A DNA stretch of 64,000 nucleotides, taken from Chiloscyllium plagiosum. Taxonomy: Eukaryota. The stretch covers positions 66,336,066 to 66,400,065 of the forward strand of contig NC_057719.1 in the NCBI RefSeq assembly GCF_004010195.1, given 5' to 3'. The notes beneath the pieces are model-generated. The model made no database searches and was not told where the DNA came from. It worked only from the letters and a program-made list of their open reading frames with translations. Of the stretch, positions 40,170 through 51,885 are shown piece after piece. The translations under genes and the position numbers were made by a program. Numbering within the stretch: the stretch's first letter is position 1; the number at the start of each line of letters is the position of its first letter.

Positions 40170-40790
40170 TGATAGACGGAATTTCTTGGCCCCCCCCTAA
40201 CTGGCAGGTTTGGTGGTATTGGTCATGTCAGTATTTGAATGACAGATGACCGATTTGTCAGCTGCAAGGCTCTGTCTGGTGCTCCAGCAGACCTCCGAGA
40301 CCCTTGTCCCTCCCCAAGGTGCTGCACGGTATTTCAGGTCAATGCCCCGATGCTGAAAGGTCAATGACCTTTCAGCAATTGGGGAAAAATCTAATGGGGT
40401 CCCGGCTGGCAGGTTTGTAAATCAGGTGCGAGAGGGTCTGCAAAATTATCTGGGTAGCCTTACTGCTGCCTGCCGACATGCCCATTCAGAAGTTTCACAG
40501 GATGTGGGGGGAGGGGTGAGGCCTATTGTGACAAACCCACCCTCTTCCTAATTGATGGCATTAAGTAGCCAATTAATTTTGTGACTGACCAGAAGGAGAT
40601 CAGAAAGTGGGCGGGATGGCCGCCTTGGGTTTTGAGCAGGAAGGATATGCCCTTCCGTCACTGCCTTCCTTACTGCATCCAAGATGTCCAAGCTTGACTC
40701 TGCCATGAATTAACTTGGCCTGTGTTCCCAGATCTTGAGATCGCTGTACTGCCTGTGAACCCAACAGCAACATCATTCCCTGTGACATTG
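40170..40790. mobile_element. Unclassified GC-rich repeat, possibly a non-autonomous Harbinger
   Basis: Composition shift and ggaattt-type terminus; no terminal inverted repeat pair verified. Confidence 0.3.
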
Positions 40791-42279
40791 TTGGAACTAT
40801 AGAGCTGTTGCTGTCTGAGACAGGACTTACTCCTGATCATGAGATGCAAATTCCACCTCCAGCAAATTTAAGTGTTTAAATGGCTGTGGACCTACCACAG
40901 TCAATGGGAATGAGTTACTTGCGTCTGAAGCCTCCTGGCAATTAACCATTTTGCTGTCCAAATGCTGCCAGGCCTTGCTGAATACTTTTAGCATTTTCCT
41001 TTTCAGTTTCAATTCCCAGTCTCTACATTCTTGTGTTTTTACTTCATCTTTTACATCATTGCAATATTGAAGATCTTGATCAAGTTGCTCATTAACTTTC
41101 TTAACTGTAACAAAGGTAAAAGACCTTGCCTCCGTAGCCTGAGAACAATAACCCCTCATCCCTGATTTCTGGGAATCACTTTTTCCTTGCTTATTATTTG
41201 ACTTTTACCCCATATTCAGGTGGTCCTTGCACACAAATGCAACTTCTGGTCTTGTGCAAATTCTCCTCCCTTAGTGTTGCAGACACAAACTTTGAGCATT
41301 ATACTTGTTATTATTTGTCCTGCCACTTTGAATAAGAAGAATTTCACTGAAATTCCCTGTCACTGATCACAAGTTGAATCGTGAATTGTTGCAAAAAAGG
41401 AAGTTCTGAACAGGGAAGGAAGTAACTGAGTGAGAAATAAAAAAATCAGTTTTCCCAACTTTCTTTTTAAAAGTGCATAAGATCTCCCTGAATCACCTGG
41501 GGCATTTTATTCTATGTTTTTAAAGGTGGTTATGCAGTATTGCAGTGTTGTAAGCTCATCAAGTAAAGAGAACTGATAACAGGAAAGTTTAAGTGATTAG
41601 ATACACAGTTCATTTGTTGGGAAAGACAGCAATCCACTCAGTACTTATATAAAAAAGCACAATGAGATATGTTTACCAACTCTGCTGCTCTAATTGCACA
41701 GGAAACAAAATAAGCTGTATTTGTTTACTGAAAGTAATTGACCATTTGCTCTTCAAAATCAATAATAGGCACAGGTGTGTACAAACAGCCAAAGGGCATC
41801 CAGAATTTCTAGATTTCTATTTCCATCTGTGTGGAACAAGTATGACATCTGCCTTAAAACCTTTGTTGTTTCACTTCTATGTCTTGTATGACTGAATTCA
41901 TTAACTGCGACTTTTGTCAAATGGTTGACTTTTGTTCCAGCCCTTTTAATGTACAATCAATTCTCTCTACATTTGTCTTTCTTTCAGTTAAACCAAGAGT
42001 GAGCATAACACAACAGAATAATATTTTCCTCTCCATACTCCAGATCCTCTTATCCTGTCTTGACGCTATGGATGGTTATGTGACTTGGAGCTGTGGTTCT
42101 GATCTTAATTTACTCTCCTGTACACTGCTCTCAACTATTCATTTATTAATATGTTTGACTTCCTTAAAGTCATTTTAATTGTTAGTGTAAAACCTTACTA
42201 CTATAAAATATTGTAATATTTTCTCATCTGTTTGGGTTAAAAGATACTGAAGATTTTACATCTTTGTGTACAATGTATT

Positions 42280-42380
42280 CAGTTCTGAAGTAGGGTCTCT
42301 GGACCTGAAATGTTAACTCTGATTTCTGTTCACAGATACTGTCAGACCGGCTGAGCTTTTCCAGCAACTTCTGTTTTTTT
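42280..42380 (+). mobile_element. PLE terminal-repeat relic (family 3) with mutated hammerhead-like core
   Basis: CTGAAGTA-GGGTC-TCTG-GACCT-GAAA-TGTT at 42285-42314. Confidence 0.6.
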
Positions 42381-44342
42381 AGATCTCTTGCTTTCATTGG
42401 GCTGCAAAATCCCCACTAGTTTAATAACTGCTGAATGATGTTTCTGTACAGACCCCTCTTTGTGTTATTATATTTCCTTTGTGTCTAGTTCATTTGCCAA
42501 ACTCTCTCAATTGAATTTCTTGGTTTCAGATTCTTTGCCTAATCTCTGTGCTCAACTGTATGCTAACCTCTTTGGCAAATTCTCTTTAATTTGCATGACT
42601 TTCTGTTCGGCATGTGCTTATGGTAGATATTGTAATAAAAGCTCTGTGTACTTCTGGGTACTCTGGTGGCTTGGTGGTTGGAGAAGTTTATTTCCACCAA
42701 TCTTCCTTTCTATCTGGATCTCGTGGCCTGTCTAGTCCTCAATGGTAGAGGATAAATCACTCAAGAGTCCTAACAAGAAGAAACACTCCCCCTGCAAAAT
42801 ATGGTGTGGTTTATAAAGGCACAAATAATATTAAAGATTGAAATATATTTACAACTATATCAAGAGCCAGATAATATACATCTGTTTCCATGTAAAACAT
42901 GCCCAATTTTCTACCGAACGCTGGTGTTAGGTCATCAGATTGGATGACTAATGCAACTTCAACATTAACTCTGTCAGAATCATTACCTTATGCAAGATTT
43001 TGTGAATATTATTTTCCTTATGGTTAGAATAATGTAACAACTTTTCCAAATATGTATTTTGAAAAGACACATTTTGTCACTGCTTTTCAACTTGCACTCA
43101 TCATGATATTTCACAATTCCAGGTGAAAGCCAACATTTCTACTGCTCATTGGTTGGTAAGTGGAGTCTGGTAAAGGTGTTACCATGCAGAATACATCCCT
43201 AAATGAGAGTTGATGGTTAATAATTTGAAATTTAAACCAGGCAGGTTGATTTTAATTGATTAAGGCATTGCCCTGAAAAATGAACCAGTGACTGGCTGTC
43301 ACCTATTTTGTTGAATTGAAACAGGGAGTGAGTGCACATCTCCAGGGAGAACCAAGCCCTGATATTCACCTGAACCTTAACCTTAACCGTAGTATTAGTC
43401 TCTCGAACTTTCTTTGCAGGTAAATGCTTTCCTTGCTAACTCATATGGCTGACTCATAACATTATCTGGCAGACCTATATTCTCATGAATGCAAATCAGG
43501 AAAGATAACCGTTGTTGCTACAAAATTCTGCGTGGAAGGAAGAATTTGTTCTTCTGAACGAGACAATTTCTTTGTTTTAATTGTGTCATAAATCTCTGAA
43601 TGTTAATCTAAATTCTGTGGCTTTCTTTGCAGCTCATCTCCATTTTGTTGAAGCAGTTCTTTACTCTTAATCTGCCTAAACATCTGAATTGTTCAATTTA
43701 TTCATTAGGTTGGATGTTTTTGTTCTCTGCAGTTGCCTTTCTGGTGAATAATATATTGTCAAAAGCTTAGTTGTGACTGGAGAGGGATTGTTGCTCAACT
43801 ACCTCCATTTTGGTCACTGACACTAATACTTCTGTTTTAAGTGACAATAGATTGAAATGTTCTTTAGTGATAATTAAGACTGGTGGAACTATGTCCCATT
43901 CCTGTAAAATCTTAACTTCCTTCCTGTTCTAGATGGTATTCTTGTGACAAATTGATAGGAATAATTATGGGTGATCTTAATCAACATGTAATCTGGAAAA
44001 TCAGATTAGTTGTAGCAAACTTGACAAGTTTTAGATCATCACTCAAAAGCATTCTTCGAGTACCATGTTCTAGAAATTAATCATAGAGCAGGCCCTGTTA
44101 GATCTGGTACTTGCTATTGTGTTATGTGATAGGATTGGTTAATTAATCTCCGTGAAGACACATGTCGGTGTCAGCAATTAGTTTGAAAGGGAAAATAGTG
44201 GGTCTAAGACTAGCATTTTAAAGCTAAGGGCAATGGTGTATGCATGAAAGTTGAGCTAGATGAAGTGAATTCCACTCGGTGCTTTGGGACAAGCTTGTTG
44301 TTGCTTTTCATATCTTGGCGGATGCTTCTCACTGACCTCTTA

Positions 44343-44520
44343 GCAGACAAAAAAAAGTGCAGATGCTGGAATTCAAGGTAGACTAGCAGGAGACCGGAAG
44401 AACACAACAAGCCAGGCAACATTAGGAGGTGGAGAAGGGTACACCCAAAACATTGACTTTGCCACCTCCTGATTCTGCCTGGCTTGCTGTGTTCTTCCAG
44501 CCTCCTGCTTATCTACCTCC
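44343..44520. mobile_element. Fold-back PLE terminal repeat (family 2)
   Basis: aggtagactagcaggag..ggaagaacacaacaagccaggca versus tgcctggcttgctgtgttcttccagcctcctgcttatctacct; centre contains gggtacaccc-aaaa stem II relic. Confidence 0.8.
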
Positions 44521-45836
44521 CAAGTATTGTGCTCATGAATTTGAGAATTGACTTGTTCTTGAGACTGACTATTCAAGTGGGCTCATCATTCCTATCATTG
44601 CTCCTTGATGGGTTGTCCATCTGGGAGTTTAAACAGGCCTTGTATGCATGTTGTCTTCTCTGTCAGGATTTCTATATAACCAGTTCAGAATAAAAGTGTG
44701 ATGAGATTCATACTGTTGGTCTTCCCTGCCACAATATAGCTTATACTGACCAAGATGATGATGTATATTATCTGGGTTTTCATTAAAGCTCCTAAATGTG
44801 AAAGGGTATCCAAGAGCGACTCAGTCCTTGATCTAACCTATTTGAAATAGTATGAGCAAAACATCAGTCTGATGCAATATGTGTAAAAATACATTGATGT
44901 AGTCATATGAGGAAAAGGCTACAATTTGTCAGCTCACAATCATAATAACTCATGTAAAATGGAAGACTAGACACTGCCTTGCAATAAATATCTGGAGCAC
45001 ACTGACACATTGTTCCCAGTGTGAGGTACTGACAATTCAAGGTAGACTAGCAGGAGACTGGAAGAACACAACAAGCCAGGCAGCATTAGGAGGGAAAAAT
45101 GGGAAAGGGAATGTTTTCCAGAACTAACACGCCAACTTCTTTATCCAAGCAAAATTAGGAGCTCATAAGATTGTGTGCCATAGATAGGGTGGATAGGAAG
45201 GTATTTGTTCCATTAGTAGAGGGGTCAATAGTCAGTTGTATAGATGTAAGCTGAGGTAGCAGGCCTCATTGGGTGGTGGGAGTGTGGAATGTGCAGTGTT
45301 CACACACTGCTTGAAAGGGTGGGTGAGTCATAAACTCTCAACATTTAATTGGTATTCAAATATTCACTTGAGTTGGAATAGTTTCTAGGGAGATGTACCA
45401 AATGCTGGAAAATCGGGTTTGTGTAGTCAGATCTTTGTTGACCAGCGCAGACATGATGAGCCAAATGGCATCCTTCTGCACTCTTAAGTGTTCATGTCTA
45501 GTATGTACAACATATTGCCACTCTCCACAATTATTGATCTTTTGATCAATAATGATGCCCATTGTTTTAGCTGAAGAAAGGTTGTGGTTATTGTTGCTGT
45601 TTTTACTTGTATAGCTGTGGCCATTTCATATTGATATTATTTCCCTTGGAGATCAGCATCTGGTTTGCATTTCACTCAGTATCACACCCAAATATGAAAT
45701 ATCATGTAGAAAGTGCAACAAAAATATAAATGTATGGTAATTCAAGCCTGAAACCTATATCCAGCTTTGAATGATAATGGTGATTACTGCAGTAAAAATT
45801 TTATTAATTTTTTTCTAGGATCCTGACGCAGCAAGG

Positions 45837-45914
45837 ATGGAAATCAAGTTTTCAATGGAGCCTAATTATCTCTCAATTTGTATTAGTGAGACCTTTCAAA
45901 CTCTGATCACTTAA
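45837..45914 (+). other. Upstream ORF (25 aa, MEIKFSMEPNYLSICISETFQTLIT) in the 5' UTR part of the formin exon
   Basis: aggATGG strong Kozak context 18 nt after the acceptor; TAA ends 28 nt before the ATG at 45943. Confidence 0.55.
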
Positions 45915-45942
45915 ATTAAATCAGTAAATAGCCTTGTACATG

Positions 45943-47899
45943 ATGGAAGACACTCACACGACCCAACTATTGCATAAACCTATCAAAGAACGCTGCTTCA
46001 TCAGCTTCTATTACCCTGGGGGAGAAGCCAGATGGACTCCGTACAAGTGCAGTACTCTACTCGATGGCTCAATGAAATGTATTGCAAAGTACAAGCAAGC
46101 GAAGGAGGAGCCAGAGATCGGGAAACAGAAAGGCTTGCACTCTGACAACACAGGCTACATTCAGAAGCAAACTTCCACAGCTAACACTGTGAAAGAACTC
46201 TGTGCAGGCTCCTTGTGTCCAATTGAAAAACTATCATTATTCCCTGATGTGTTAAGTAGAAGGCCAGCTTTCAATCCAACTTTAAATATGGGAAATCAGG
46301 ATGGAAAATTTGAAGATGTTCAAGAGACCGAGTGTAAGCAGAATGAACGGGAACAAGACTGTGGTGCACTGGATCTACAGTATTCTTGGTCTTCTGAGCG
46401 AAAGAAAAGTGATGGCAAAATTAAAAAGCTGAAAAAGATTGGCAGAAGAAAAGAGAACACCGAGGAGTCTGCATGTAAAGCTGTAAAAAATAAAAAAATT
46501 GTGGAATCGGAACCTTTTGTTGTATGTGCAAAAGAAATATCAGTGATGAGAGATGAAATGTGCACAAATAGCTCTGTAAGCAATTTTCCTAATTCAGTTA
46601 ATTATAGCAAAAGCAAAAATCTCCAGCCAGCCATGGACGATATTGACATGCTGTCGGGAATGAAAAGAGCTACGTCAGAGGTACTGAGAGGGAACTCGAA
46701 TTTTCAGGAAAACACCAGAACAACTGGTTTAAATACTGGTTACGACTTTAAATCAGAGTGCAATGATGAGTTTATTACTGAAGATTTAGTGACCAGTAGT
46801 AACAGTTTATTGGATGACTTACAAGATACCATAAAACTCCTGCAAGACCAGCATGATAATGTCTTGCAAAGCAAGCAAATGGCTGAGAAGTTACCAGAGA
46901 TCTGTGCCACTATGCCTTCGAGAAGTTTACCTTCGGATGACCAGCATCACTGCAAAGTTGGAGCAACTCCGGAGGAAGCAATAGCCACAGTGGTTACCAA
47001 AATACATGATACAGGAATGGTTGTGCAAAACGTTGTTCCAGCTATTTTAAGGTCAGAAGAAAGCATAAGCCATGAACATTTTGCAGATGAACCAGTGCAA
47101 AGTTGTGTTGAGGAACAGAACATTTCCACAGTGGTTACTGAAATGCAGAGTGAAAGACCCGCGGTTTGCCATGTTGTCACGGTACCTGTGATAGACTTGG
47201 AATACAAGACAGCTGTGGTGTGTGGCCAAGAGTCAGACAGCGATAGAAACTTATTTAAATGTGATGGGGGAGAAATGCCAATGGTTGTAGACTCCGAGAC
47301 ATTCACTGGGTGTGTCAACAAACATCTGATCAGTGTTATTGAGAATGATCAGTTTTATGAAGCAGGTGAATGGCACAGAGTGGAAAAGGGCAGGTTGCAT
47401 GGAAGTGGAACTAATTGGACTTGTGACAACAAACTGTTCAGGGATGGTGCACTAGACATAAAAGAAAAACTGTTTTCAAATCCACTTCAGTCTGTAGATG
47501 GAATTTCCTTGGATGACACTTTGAAGGAAGACAATAAAACTGTTTCTCTACCATTACTGATAGCAGTTAGTAATGTTTGTAATAGTCCATGCCCTACTAA
47601 TAATGCTCAGCATGTATCACCTGTTGCATCTCCTCTGACATCCGGATTACCTAGTCCTCAACACCATCACAGGATACTCCCATTACCTGTATTGGAAACA
47701 GAACACAAAACCTCACAAGAGGACTGCTCAAAGCCGTATACATCCATTCATAACTGTACTGCATCGAAAGAAACAGAAGTGGGACAAAACTTGGAAGGAG
47801 GTGTTATTTTGCACCAAAATCTCAGCAACACCAATGAAAAGTTTCAGCAGCAAGACTATATGGAACAAGATGTATTCGGTCAGTATCAGGCAGTACAAG
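45943..47899 (+). CDS. FMN1: Formin-1-like gene, large first coding exon (N-terminal region; FH1/FH2 exons lie beyond the window or were not seen)
   Basis: 670-codon open frame. MEDTHTTQLLHKPIKERCFISFYYPGGE, MGNQDGK and SPVASPLTSGLPSPQHHHRILPLP match recalled vertebrate FMN1 motifs ([53 protein letters not shown]). Acceptor tttttttctag|G at 45818/45819; donor CAAG|gttggt after 47899 (phase 1). An alternative ATG is at 45940. Orthology versus paralogy is not established. Confidence 0.85.
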
Positions 47900-48700
47900 G
47901 TTGGTCAAAACATTTTTTGGAAATTTATATAATTGCTTCATTTTGACTAATTATATACATTTTTTGAGAGATTTATTTTATGTAATTATGAAAACAAGTG
48001 GATGCCTGACACAGGAAATAAAGATGTATTGTTAAAATTCCATGTAATTTTGTAGTCATCACTGCCAATCCTCATAGATTGCTTTACTGTTTCTATGAAT
48101 TAAGTAAAATGTAAAATTCATAATATGTAAACATCTATGTGCAACCAATACAGATTTCCCCAGTTAATTTCTCTAGGGTGGGTTGTGTATGCTCCGTTTT
48201 GGTTGGGTCCTTGAGTTGACCACCACAGGTTTTTTTATAATGTGGATGGTGCTGAAAAGAAGACTTCCCCCAACTGGATTTTCTTAGTTCACATGTCTTA
48301 TGGGTAATCATCTGAATACTTGGATAAACCAGCCTTCAGGTTCTTGTTAGGAACTAGAGTTCATTGTGACCTTCATGATGGAGAGGTGACTAGACACTTC
48401 TGCAATTGGTTCTCTTTGTCTTCCTACATTTTTGTGTCTCACTCTTTTACACACACACACCCCAATCATAAATAGAGCTGCCTTCTTTGGGGTTTGTCTG
48501 TTTGTGATGTCCCCAGTTATGGTGCTTTGTTTTTCACCACTGAGACCCACCTGGAGACCTTGCCAAGATGCACTGAAACCCTGGTATTTGTTCAAGTAGA
48601 TGACTTGACTCCGGATACCTGGTCAGAAGAGGAGGTCAGCTGTTACTGCAGAGAATCCAAAATAGTTTTTTTAGGTTCTTGTTGTCTGTCGCATTACCCT

Positions 48701-48826
48701 GAGGAGAAAGTGAGGTCTGCAGATGCTGGAGATCAGAGCTGGAAATGTGTTGCTGGAAAAGCGCAGCAGGTCAGGCAGCATCCAGGGAACAGGAGAATCG
48801 ACGTTTCGGGCATAAGCCCTTCTTCA
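48701..48826 (-). mobile_element. PLE terminal-repeat fragment truncated at the hammerhead core
   Basis: Minus strand TGAAGA-A-GGGC-TTAT-GCCC-GAAAC-GTC; similarity stops at the first core nucleotide. Confidence 0.85.
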
Positions 48827-49595
48827 ATTTGCTATGTTCAACAGACTGTAGCATCCCTTGGAAGTGTTGGCATCAGTGAGTGCACATGATTCAGTAGGAT
48901 GAATGTCTTGTGATGAGTTCTTGCATCTCATTCATTTTTGTAAAGGGAAAGCTTCACATAGCAAAACAAAGCTCCCTTTGATCACCATGGATGGGAGAAA
49001 ATTGAAACTGTCTGTGATTTGACTTGCATTTATATTGAGATACTGTCTGGTACAACACCATTTTTACAAGTGTCAATATTTTAGCTGAAATAACATTTGC
49101 ATGGTACTTTTATCATTTATAGCCTTCATGAGGCAGCAATTTTTAATTGCTTAGCTGCACTCACCAAATTCACCCCCCCAGATACAGATTTATGTTTTCT
49201 TAATAAAAAAGTATTTTAATTGGTATCCTTTCACAGCATGAAGTGCCTTGAAAGAGTACAGTTATTTAGTTCAGCAACATGTGATTCAGTGGGCATCCAT
49301 GTGAGGCAAATTGGTATAAAGAAGTAGTAGATTAGCTCTTCATGCTGATTTGCTAATAAACTCATTCATGTTTGAAGAGGCTGGAAAGAGTTTAATTAGA
49401 GTCTAATTATTGACTTTATAGTATTGTACCACATTTTCTGCTGACAATTTATCTATTCTGTGGCACTGCTCAGTCTCAATCCTGTGGTGTATGCATTACA
49501 TAAAGTGATTTTTCCATACATTTTGATTTCCAATTTAACTTTTCGGGAAGACATTAAATTCTCGAAATATGCTTCGAGAGCAAAGCTTACATATG

Positions 49596-50240
49596 GTCAT
49601 AGAGATGTACAGCACGGAAACAGACCCTTCGGTCCAACTCGTCCACGCCGACCAGATATCCCAATCTAATCTAGTCCCTTTTGCCAGCACTTGGCCCAGA
49701 TCACTCTAAACCCTTCCTATTCATATACACGTCCAGATGCCTTTTAAATGTGGCAATCGTTCTAGCCTCCACCACTTTCCGCTAGCAGCTCATTCCACAC
49801 ATGCACCAGCATCTATGAAAAAGTTTCCCCTTCCATCCCTTTTATATCTTTCCCCTCTCACCCTAAACCTATAGTTCTGGACTCCCCACCCCAGGGAAGA
49901 GACTTTGTCTATTTATCCTATGCATGCCTCTCATGATTTTATAAACCTCTATAAGGTCACCCCTCCACCTCCGACGCTCCAGGGAAAACAGCTCCAGCCT
50001 GTTCAGCCTCTCCCTATAGCTCAAATCCTCCAATCCTGGCAACATGCTTGTAAATCTTTTCTGAACCCTTTCAAGTTTCACAATATCCTTCTGATAGGAA
50101 GGAGGCCAGAATTGCACACCATATTCTAAAAGTGGCCAAACCAATGTCCTATACAGCCGCAACATGACCACCCAACTCCTATACTTAATACTCTGACCCA
50201 TAAAGGAAAACATACCAAACACTGCCTTCACTTTCCTTAC
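49596..50240 (-). mobile_element. CR1/HER1-type LINE 3' fragment
   Basis: LRLYRTLVWPLLEYGVQFWPP...RGDLIEVYKIMRG. Confidence 0.93.
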
Positions 50241-51784
50241 ATGATAGGTAATAGAAAATAATAAAATTGAAGAGTAGTGAGTAGATTTCAAATGGCCAAA
50301 GTAATTAACTTGATAAATGGAGGGAGTCCTGTGGTCTGTTCTGAATTCTGTTGACTGCAAGACTAGTGGCTTGGTTGTTAAAAATTAAAAAAAACACAAT
50401 TGCTGAGATTGTTCTTAGTGATAAAAATTAAAAGCAACATTGACTAAGTGTCTTGAAACCCTACCCATTAACTTTTTAAAAGGATATTTATATTGGAACA
50501 GTCAGATGACTCTAATCTAAAGAGATCAATATTAAGAAAACAAAAGCTGGGAGGAAGATAGAGGACTAATAATGAGCTAAACAGAATTCAAGACAGTGAG
50601 TATAAAGTTGAGGATCATACAATATGAATATGGGAGGAAATAGTTGGTGTTTGACAATAACTAACTGAGATTGAGGAGTTTGCAAGCATCAGTAATATTT
50701 GTTAGAAGCTTGAGGTGATCTTTCATCAGACTTGGCAGAGACATTCTGTGATTCAACCTTAAGCTCTGATTAAAATGAAATACATTTTGGCTTCTTTTAA
50801 AGAGTTGGATTCATGATCATTTCCTTGAGGAATTGAATTATCAGCATAAAGTGACCAGTTACATTGAAGCACCTTCTTAAAAATAGATTGAAAAGTGATG
50901 AATGAAAAATCTTGCTTAAAACTTCTCGCCTGTTACCTGACAAGTGCAGCGTACCTGACTCTTTAAAAATACAGTGTTAAAATTTCAGTATTTTGATATT
51001 GTTTGATACAGTACAACATGACCCATTGGATTATGTTTTCTTTTTTAAATATAATTTTCACAAACCAATCATGAAGCTTAGTGATAAATCAGTTGTAGAT
51101 TTCATGGATCGCACAAGATCTTTTTTTGTCAAATTTAAAATGAGAATTCAAAAATTAAAATAGTTTAGAACTTATTTTTTTGAGCAAGATCTATTTGTAA
51201 CAGGTGGCAGCTGAATTCATTTTAAAAAAATATTTTTAATCAGCTGGTTCAGATATGTTTTGACATGGAGCAGGTGGGACCTGAACCTGGAGCTTGACGA
51301 GACCTCCTCAATCCATATTTTATCTGTAATGCTGTGTCACAAAATAAAAATGGAGCATAGTTTTGCATGTGTTGGTATTATTAATCAAAGCAAGCCACAT
51401 TGTTGTAGAGAGAAGTAAAATTATTGCTTCATGGTGATGTCTACTGTATAAACTGGAAGACGTTTGAGGTGTATCCAGTTTTAGCCAAGTGCAGAGATGG
51501 ACAAGATGTGGGTGCAGGGAGAGATGTTCTAATGAAGTTGACCATGATTAATACACAGCATCTTTCACTTGGGCACTTGATGTTATTTGTGCTTCGTTGT
51601 GTGCAGATGGTGGACATTATCTGGGATTTAAATGCTGCTATAAGAAAGGTGTTTTTTTTGTGTATATTGCTGGCCAGCAGACCCAGCTTCAAGTCCTACC
51701 TTACTGGTTTATTTGAAAATATCTTATTCCACTGGCTGGAACAGAGCATGAATGTTATTAAAAATACATGCTCTAAAATGAGGG

Positions 51785-51885
51785 GATTTGTGCTGCAGTG
51801 TCCTTACCTCTGAGCCAGGAGGCCTGGGTTCAAGTCCCACCTGCTCTGGAGGTGTGTAGTAACATCTCTGAACAGGGTAATTAGA
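51785..51885 (+). mobile_element. Short tRNA-like SINE (related pieces at ~440-530, 25945-26010, 51240-51290, 54390-54450)
   Basis: gggttcaagtccc B-box-like motif; recurrent sequence in the window. Confidence 0.55.

Noticed and set aside
46320..47321. Antisense ORFs over the formin exon
   Set aside because: Expected shadow ORFs of a long coding exon
47900..47946. C-terminal GWSKHFLEIYIIASF and stop of the 670-aa ORF
   Set aside because: Lies after a donor site in AT-rich sequence; most likely intron read-through, not the true protein end
48346..48843. Possible solo LTR (TGTTAGGAAC...GTTCAACA) hosting a PLE fragment
   Set aside because: Termini suggestive but no TSD; left uncalled
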